Of a stretch of 64,000 bases of DNA, positions 56,101 to 64,000 are shown piece by piece. The DNA comes from Leptogorgia sarmentosa (taxonomy: Eukaryota): positions 1,178,001 through 1,242,000 of the forward strand of contig OZ210885.1 of NCBI GenBank assembly GCA_964658305.1, read 5' to 3'. The notes below the pieces were generated by a model. That model ran no database searches. It was not told the origin of the DNA and was given only the letters and a program-made list of their open reading frames with translations. A program made the translations under genes and the position numbers. The number at the start of each line of letters is the position of its first letter. Position 1 is the stretch's first letter.

Positions 56101-56482
56101 AGTTTCATGAAACTCAGCGAAATGAAACTAATCAACAAAAAAGTGGCTGATGCCCAACAACATTTTTCCTTTGAATATTTCAGCAGAGCAAAATCTTGAG
56201 CAAGCATAGCAGTTTAACATTTCATCTAATTGACCATGAAGGAATTTTTATTACAAAATATTAAGTATATCTTCCCAAAATAAAACACTGCATGTGATGA
56301 ATATCTGAATGCGGATATATCCCCCCATGCACTCGTACGTCCATGAACCTTTTCAAATTACCCAACCTCAGTGAACCCTAACACCAAAGAAACGTTCCCT
56401 CGGTTTTCTTTTCAGAATAACATGCGGATGTTGTGGAAAAAGTGTACGAAAAGAAACCTACATGACGCCCAGTCTAACATGA
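50128..56482 (+). CDS. DED-CHY-CTCHY-RING protein, paralogue B (divergent C-terminal module), about 777 aa
   Basis: Exons 50128-51829 (acceptor at 50083), 52028-52284, 54076-54194, 54867-54972, 55509-55591, 56416-56482 (2334 nt, in frame, ends TGA); same exon phases as A and C. DED at ~51271-51522 with RYDL. CHY: CSHYKRDCLSQFECCEKFWPCHRCH. RING: CCVCLKEAITQSLMLPCRHKVHHRCLAQITRMRIITCGCCG. Confidence 0.85.
52397..52792. mobile_element. Tc1/mariner-type MITE in an intron of paralogue B
   Basis: TIRs cagggtgtcc / ggacaccctg after TA; a second, uninterrupted copy lies at ~57375-57608. Confidence 0.75.
52588..52740. mobile_element. Small palindromic hAT-type MITE nested in the Tc1-type MITE
   Basis: TIRs cagtggcgtcgccag / ctggcgacgccactg; perfect 8-bp TSD gacaataa. 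Confidence 0.85.
55638..55953. mobile_element. hAT-type MITE in the last intron of paralogue B
   Basis: TIRs cagaggcgtagcga / tcgctacgtccctg; perfect 8-bp TSD gtatcatc. Confidence 0.85.
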
Positions 56483-57374
56483 GAGATTTGCCAACATATT
56501 GATCACCGCTATCGGTCCTTTTTAAACCTTCGACTTCCATACATATTGGGATTTGATGCAAAGAACATATAGCTGGAACTGTCATAGACATATAACGTAT
56601 AAACATCAAAACGACGTATTGGTTGTTTGCAATGGCGTGGATTTGTAATTTCAGTTGACGGGCAAGTATGAGAACAATCGATCCATTAGAGACTTTAAGA
56701 GATGCCAGTCTGGGTACTAAGAAAAATATGATACTCAGTAAAATCGTGCACAAGTCACGTGATTGCAAAGCAAAGAATTGGCAACCGTAGTTGGTTATAA
56801 TATATATGTAGAATATCACACCGTTAAGCCAGAAGTGATTAATTAATAATTGTTATTAATAATAATACTTTAATAATTGTTTCATTGATTAATATATTGA
56901 TCTTTGAAGTTCTTACATCACACGGTCTTTCCACGCATGTGAATACTTTAAATTTAATATTCCAACATGTTCCTCAGATTGAGCCCAGATTTTAAATTTA
57001 ATATTCCAACATGTTTCGCAGATTGCATTGCGATTCATTGTTTTGACACTGGTGTGAGTGACATGGCAACAATTCAAAGGTCTATTATAATTTTAAAATA
57101 TAAAAATATCGTAGAATATTTAAATTAATCTATTTTATCGTAGAATATTTGAATTAATCTGATCAGTGTTACATGGATCCATTGGAAAAACTTACTTACT
57201 CTTTAGTCTTGGACAAAGTTTTACCGATAGCAAAATCATTGACGCAATAAAATAGAGATAGCGTCGGACAAATACTTGAAACTAAAGGACATTTAAGGCT
57301 AGGCCAAAAGCTTTATTGTTTAAAATCACTCCTCACTAGGTTTTTATTGAATAAAATATTGTTGCAGAGATATA

Positions 57375-57608
57375 CTGGGTGTCCCCCAAAAAATTCCCGT
57401 CTATAGAAATCACTCTGTTGTTAAATCTCGGGTTATTATGCACCTCTGTAAATTTAAATTAGCTTCTGACGAACAGCAACACAAACACGTGTTGTTATAA
57501 ATACTTCTGTCGTTCATGAACCATTCAATTATATTCTCAAAGGCTTAACAACGCACGTTTAACAACAGAAGAGCTGATTTCTATAGAGGGGACTTTTTTT
57601 GGACACTG
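57375..57608. mobile_element. Tc1/mariner-type MITE, copy without the nested insertion
   Basis: Shares ttagcttctgacgaacagc...ttataaatacttctgtcgttcatgaaccattcaattatattctcaa with the copy at 52397. Confidence 0.7.
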
Positions 57609-58851
57609 TGGAAATAAGTATTTTAAATCCATATATATGGAGCAATATCTAGATATTGTCTGGGCCTGCTTTGTTTCCTGATACCTTTTAGGTCTTGAGC
57701 GAATTGTGAAGCCTTGAAAGTTTTAGGTCGAGAAGGTGGACGTCAAAGACGACGTTAAAATGGCGTGCTTTGTCCATCTATGGATATGCCACGCCATTTT
57801 GACGTTTGCGTCCCCGATCTAAAACTGTCTATTAGTTAGTTCACGCGAGCTCGAGGCTCTTATGATGAGTGCGACCGATGCTCGAATCAACGATCGGCTC
57901 ACTAAGCACGCGTAATGTAATTTTTAATTTCAGTAGAATCAGAGATCAAACATAATTTTGCATGCAAGCACATTTTCCAAAGCCAAGACCTTGTTTAGAC
58001 ATCGTACTTTTCATTGTTGAGCTTCCATGTGCTGAATATGAATGTTAATGAGCTAAGTTTTTTTATCTGGGCTCGTTTGGTTAGCTGTACATGAAAAGTT
58101 CGACGTCTGAACTGGGCATGTAAAAGCAAGAATATGAAAGAATTTAAACTAACTAACATTAATTAAAGTAATAAACCTAACAAAAATATGAAAATAGAAT
58201 AATGTGAAACTGAGAGCAACCAAGTTGAAGTAAACGACTGGGTCTATAAAAATGAAAAACAGAAATGGAGTCTTTATTTTCTGAGTATATAATAAAAGTA
58301 TAGCATAAAAGATAGAACCAGGTATACGTGCAAATGTATACATGCAAATTTTCGACGAGCTATAATTGCTTGTTTTGACCAGCTATTACATGAAAGCTTT
58401 AGATCAACTATACGTGTATGTTTTTTATCAGTACGTATACTATACGTACACTTTTGATTAAGCGTATACTATAGTGCCGGACACCGGACAAATATTTGTT
58501 CGATAGTGTGAACGCCAGTTTGTTTCCCGTTTGAAAGCTACATTAACATGTGATATGAGGCCATAAATAATTTGTGTGAACAAGGTCTCGGAGCAATGCG
58601 CATGCTCAAGAAAATCCGTAGTTCGTCCAGCTAAGACAGAACGAATTAATTAATGCGCAAAACACGCGGTGACGCTGCCCTAACAGTGAACGTGAAGAGT
58701 GTATTTTCCACACTTGTTTACTTTGCATATAAGTATAGTAGAAACAAAATACTTACAATCCCGGAATGAACAGCCTGACCGAGCTTCAGAAATTCACATC
58801 AAAACAAACATAGAAATGAAAATCTCGGCCACTGTAGGCTGTTAAACGTTG

Positions 58852-61800
58852 TTATTTCCCAGGACGTTTTCGTGAATTCAGTGGTCGCCGCTCAAGTTTG
58901 TGAGCAAAACTCTCCCGGCAGATTGGACAGCGTGTGCTGTTGAAAAATAGAAAATACTGCAGTTAGTGTCTATGAAAGCTATCAACACATATCACTCAAT
59001 CAATAATTAAGTCGGTCACCGGTTCTATGATCTTTAATCATGGCGTACAACCACGGGTCCCCAAAAAATTGAGTTGAATTTCAACATAGAAATTAAGTTG
59101 TGAACGTGGTCAACTTTTCCTTTTAGTTACGATTACGCTTAAAGTTTCCAGTAACACAATTTTCAAACAGTGCGGAAAGACAAGGGCGAGTTGGAGTTAG
59201 ATGTTTTTTTTACAAGTGCAATTTTCGCACGCGTATATTTTTGCTTCGTTTCATTCCCTCATTGTTTGAAAAGTGTGTCATTCACCTTTATAAAAGATAA
59301 ACTGTCTTCACGACTAAATTTGTGCGCAATAGCGTGTTGAAATTCGATTCGGGTTTCTTTCGATACATCCGCGGTAGTTATCGGAATGAAGAATCATCGG
59401 CTACCCTTTGCTAGATCAAATTCTACTTAAATCTTCAAACAGCAGATACACTTACATTCCGCTGCGTATCATTTGTGTCGCACATTCTTTGTGCACTTTG
59501 TGAGAACAAGGAAGAATTTGACATCCAGTGAAAGCATCCTGCACAAAAAAGCAGTTTATTGATCAATAAAAATACGAGCATGCATGTGTATATTTAAGGA
59601 CTCGACCAGGAACGGTATTACGTAAACGGACACCACCAAAACAAGGTTTTCGAAATTTAGGGTTAGCTTTTAGGGTTTTTTTAGGGTCATAGTTAGCTTT
59701 GGGGTTAGGATTGTTTTATATTTAGGGGTAGGGTCAGTTTTAGGTTGATTTAGTGAGTGGAAACCAATATTTTGGTAGTTACGGCCATGCCATGCAAGAT
59801 CGTTTCGCAATAGTTGAGAGGGCAACACGAAAGAGTCCTGGTATAACTGCGAAGATTGGTTGCAAAATATCGTGAATTGTGGAAGGTGCGGTCAGCTGAA
59901 GCTTGCACATGTTGTATATATTTTGTATTACTTCCAGAAAAGCGTTACAAATTTTCAAAAAGTGCAGCACAAGGTTTTTTATCGAAAATGGAGGTTACAA
60001 CATGTGATTCAGGTGTAGTATATGTGGGATATTCAAGTCACAATGTCAGATATTCCCGTTAAGCTAAGCTTGTTCAAATTTATACACAATTTGCTTTAAA
60101 CCAGGGACGAAACCATACAACAGATTCAATACAAGTTGTGATGTTTTTACGTGTGTAGAGGGGGGGGCTTCAAGCTTTTTTGCAAGGTTATATATAGTAA
60201 TACGTCAGACAGGGCGTTTCCATAGTAGATTAATTACTTCCAAAACTTCATACAACAAATGAAAGTGACACGGTGAAACACATTTGAAAGTGAAACAGTA
60301 CCTCCAAACAAATGCAGCACTCGTCATGCGCGGAGCCTTCACGACATTTGTGGTTTCCACGAAGTTGCACATCCAAACAAACTCCACAGACATCACAATG
60401 AAACGAACGATCTCCGTGAATTCTAATTTGAAAACAAATGTTGCATTGCATTAATTTCTTCAGCTATAAAAACTCCCCAACCAATTTCCCGCCAAAAACC
60501 TATTATTTTCCAACTTGTATCTGTTGTTCACTCAACGCTTGTTTTACCTCCTAAGGTTGATTCATAAAGTGAATAGAATATGTGAAATTCAACTCATAGT
60601 TGGTTCAATTGACTTATGCATCCAGATAATCTCAATACACGGAAAAGAACTGGGACCTAGCTGTCATATATAGAAATCCATTTTTCGATTGAAACAACTT
60701 AATATCTCCCATATTATACACTTCATTTCGATTCCTTATTTTTGCCAGAGCTATAGTTCTCATAGAAGTTTCGAGTATTTGTAATTGCTTTCTATTACGA
60801 CTCTCGTAAAACATGCAGGCAGTGGTAGTCATGAAGCCCAAGAATATATCATAATGTATGTGGTCTATTGACTAATTGGTGTACCTAAAGAGAGTATGTT
60901 AAATATATGTCGATTATGCTAATCAAATTATACCTGCAGATTCCGCACTTTTCACAATGATACGGATGATCATCGGTGCCAGTCAAATGTTTACACATTC
61001 CACAATAATACTGCGCAAATCTGGCACCACAATTGCAGCAATGTTCACCAAACTAAAAAAATTTCATAGATATTTCTTCATTCTCTATTTAATAATATTT
61101 ATCATACTAAATTTGATTATCGAACATAAATACGCATCGATTGTTAATCTCATACACCTTGTTAGTTGGCACAAATAATCATCATTTTTGGGAACAACTT
61201 CGGCGTAGACTACAAATTTTATTTACGACATAAAATGTGGGTTACCTGTTGTACTTTGTTACAATATACACACTTCAGCATCTTCGTGTCACGTGATTTC
61301 AGCTTCTTTCGACCGCACGTGCTTTGGTTGTTATGGCAACGATGACAAGGCCAAAACTTGTCACAACAATCAAATTTGACATAACAATGTCGCTTGTAAT
61401 GACTGCATAACCAGTTGTCGTCTCGGTCAGGGTCCCGGTTGGGACTGTTGCTTCGTTCATTGTCTGGACGTTGGAACTTGGAAAGTTTTGAACCACCGTT
61501 ACCGACTGCCCGAGTATTACGTACGCCATTTGCTGATGATGAAGTTGTCCTTGTTCCATCATTTCCTGACGTTGTTCTTCTCTCGTCTATATTTTTAAAA
61601 GAAGGAGTTAGAGAAGCAATAAACAGAACGTACCAGTTCGTGGAAATATTAAAAACAACGCAAAATGAACAGAGTTAGATTCCAGTATTGTGGACTTTCG
61701 ACACAGTTCGAGTCATTAATCATGTGAAAATGAAAGTAATACCCTTTCAATATAGCAACTTGATAGTATTTAATATTTTTGTTTCACGCGCATTATCTTT

Positions 61801-64000
61801 GTTTAATCAAGGCAATTCAGATAAAGAATGTCAGATAACGCTTGTGGACCTTACAAAGTGTTTGGTACACATGAATCACGATTTATAGGGGGCCTAGGGG
61901 CTGATATTATTTTTAGATTTTAGAATGAGATTAGGATCAGGATCGGGGTCAGGTTGAGGATTTTGGTTGGGATTCTAACACAAGAATGTGACAGGTATGA
62001 GGTATTTGTTTGGTAAATTCAAGTATAAAAGTGTTACGATTTTGGAAGGGATTACCTATCAGTTAAAGAACAACGCGATTCGATAGGCGGGGTAAAACTT
62101 AATAAGACAAACAACAGTACATATATGCATATATGGTTAATAAAAATAATGCATATATGGTTAATTTTGGTTACAACTCGAAGTCGCCAAGACTCATCAA
62201 ATTGTTTTTAGCGAAACTAAGTTTTAAAATCTATCAAATATATGAGAAACTATACAGGTACACTTACTTGTAACTGGACCATCCGCATTAACTGTTACCT
62301 CGGTCATTCTAACTGAATTAAATCCACCAGCTGGTTTACCGGGGTTTTGCTGCTCAGATGCCGAGGATTGGTTTCTCAGAGACCTAACAGAACTGCGTGT
62401 TGAACTGGATGTATCTGAGAAGCTTCTCGAAGATTGCGGTTGAGTCGAAGGGAGGGAATTATGTACTCCACTGTTTACAGGTGCTCTGGACAGATTTCTG
62501 CTCGTGTTCATCGAAAATTGACCGCTGTTCATGGCATTTAGAAAACCTGGATTCCTGGTAATGGCTCTACGTCCATGGTTTTGTACCAGATTTGCAGCGT
62601 GCTTTTTAGATGCTTGACTTTGACGAAGTAGATCATAGTCACCAAGGAGAAATGCGTCTATAATGTGCACAAGATCAAATCTGACAATGGATTCAAAGAA
62701 ATCAGAGAGTTGATGTAAATCTGACGCGTTGATGACTCCTTTTTCATCAAGTTGAAAGAGAATATCAGTGGCATTCCGTGGGTTATTGATTGAGAAATTC
62801 TGAGCCGCCCAGTCTTGTAGTACAATGACGTCCGAGGAGAGAAGGTTTTGTGCAAGGGATAGCAAAAGGAGCTTGTAGTTGTTATACAAGGTTGTTGCAA
62901 CTGATGTGGGTGGAATGCTCCTCAATGATATGGACTCTCTTCCAGAATCATCTTGCTGGACCGAAAATGACAAACCACGCTGGGATGCGGACGCCTGATC
63001 GCGGGTTCCCTCGACATTTCCTGATGGACTACTTCCCTCTCCGCCACTGGAGTTCTCTGTAGATTGGATACTTGCTGTATTTTGGACCGTTGCGGTTTGC
63101 TCGACGCCGTTAACAGTATTGCTTTCCTGATTACTTGCTTGGAACGTCCTTTCATTTTCGTCATTTCGGACATTCGCTACCCTGCCTGGTTGATGGTTGT
63201 TCTCTTGCACCAAGGCCTCGGCTCCATTGACGAGGTGACCACGAGAGGAAGCTGCTTCATCCACAGTTGATGAATTTAGTACTGGAGGATTTCGACTTTT
63301 ATTACTACTGATCGGAGGTCTTGACGAACCATTTGCACCAAAGTATCCTTGATCACCGTTTTCGCCGTTGTTGCCCAACTCATTCGATCTGGGCTTTCGA
63401 GAGTTGGACGTGGCAGATATTTCCTGCGAGGGAGATTGAAATATGTGACGGAAGTGCTCCGATTTTCTTTCTTCGTTTTCTTTAGCCGTTTTCTCAACTG
63501 TTACTTCGCCAAGCTCTGACAAGATCTCGTTGTTTATGGACTGCAATGCTGCCAGTTGCTTTCTAAGAGACAGGTTTTCATCCTCCAGTTCTGTTACTCT
63601 CGCGGAAATCATCCGAGTTGATGGCTGCGAGAAATACAGAGAATTCCGTCCTTTCAACGCGTTTTCTTGCGACGTCTTTTCATACTTCATCTTTTTGTCG
63701 GCACCAGAATCTCCAATATGCCCAGTAATCCACTTTCCTGGACTTTGTTTTTCAATCTGTGGAACATTGATATCGTTGAATATCTTTCTTTCGGGCTTCT
63801 TTCCTTTTTTACATTGTTGACGATTAGAATCTTCTTCTAAACATGCAAAATCTTGCACTTTGGTTTTCGTCTTTGTTTTTAGGGAAGCTTGTACCAAATC
63901 ATCTTCAGGTTTCTGGAAAGTACTTCCGGGATTGTGATCATAAGTTTGAGCAGCATCGTCGCGGTCAATGTTTCCACACAGATTAATGTTTTCTGTTTTC
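58852..64000 (-). CDS. DED-CHY-CTCHY-RING-H2 protein, paralogue C (5' end outside the window)
   Basis: Large exon open from the window edge to 62268, then exons 61586-61246, 61052-60934, 60422-60302, 59538-59456, 58936-58852. DED at ~62886-62635 with RFDL. CHY and RING exons nearly identical to A; ends TRCPICRESFAHKLERRPLNSRKRPGK*. Confidence 0.88.

Noticed and set aside
59655..59750. TTAGGG-like repeats as an interstitial telomere
   Set aside because: Short and degenerate; more likely part of a small interspersed element.

Overview
Intron-rich, AT-rich animal genomic DNA; the genes and repeat landscape suggest an anthozoan cnidarian (inference). Five spliced genes were reconstructed by hand from GT-AG exons with consistent phases. 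(1) A secreted astacin metalloprotease with three ShK domains, a Thr/Pro linker and a C-terminal F5/8C discoidin domain (3274-7050, +). (2) An APIP/MtnB homologue (13571-20532, +) in which the residue matching catalytic Glu139 is Gln. (3-5) Three paralogues (A 22316-32363 -, B 50128-56482 +, C 58852->64000 -) that join a death effector domain (DED) to a Pirh2/RCHY1-type CHY zinc finger, CTCHY and RING-H2 module. This DED-CHY-RING E3-ligase cluster is the best candidate for an undescribed system: the paralogues are mosaic, which suggests gene conversion, and copy B has a degenerate RING end. The window also has a 44 x 80-bp tandem array amplified from inside a LINE coding sequence, an internally deleted LINE in the last coding intron of gene A, many MITEs with clear target-site duplications, a THAP/P-type element and a hammerhead-like motif. 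No rRNA, tRNA or CRISPR array was seen. Domain names come from motif recognition, not database searches.
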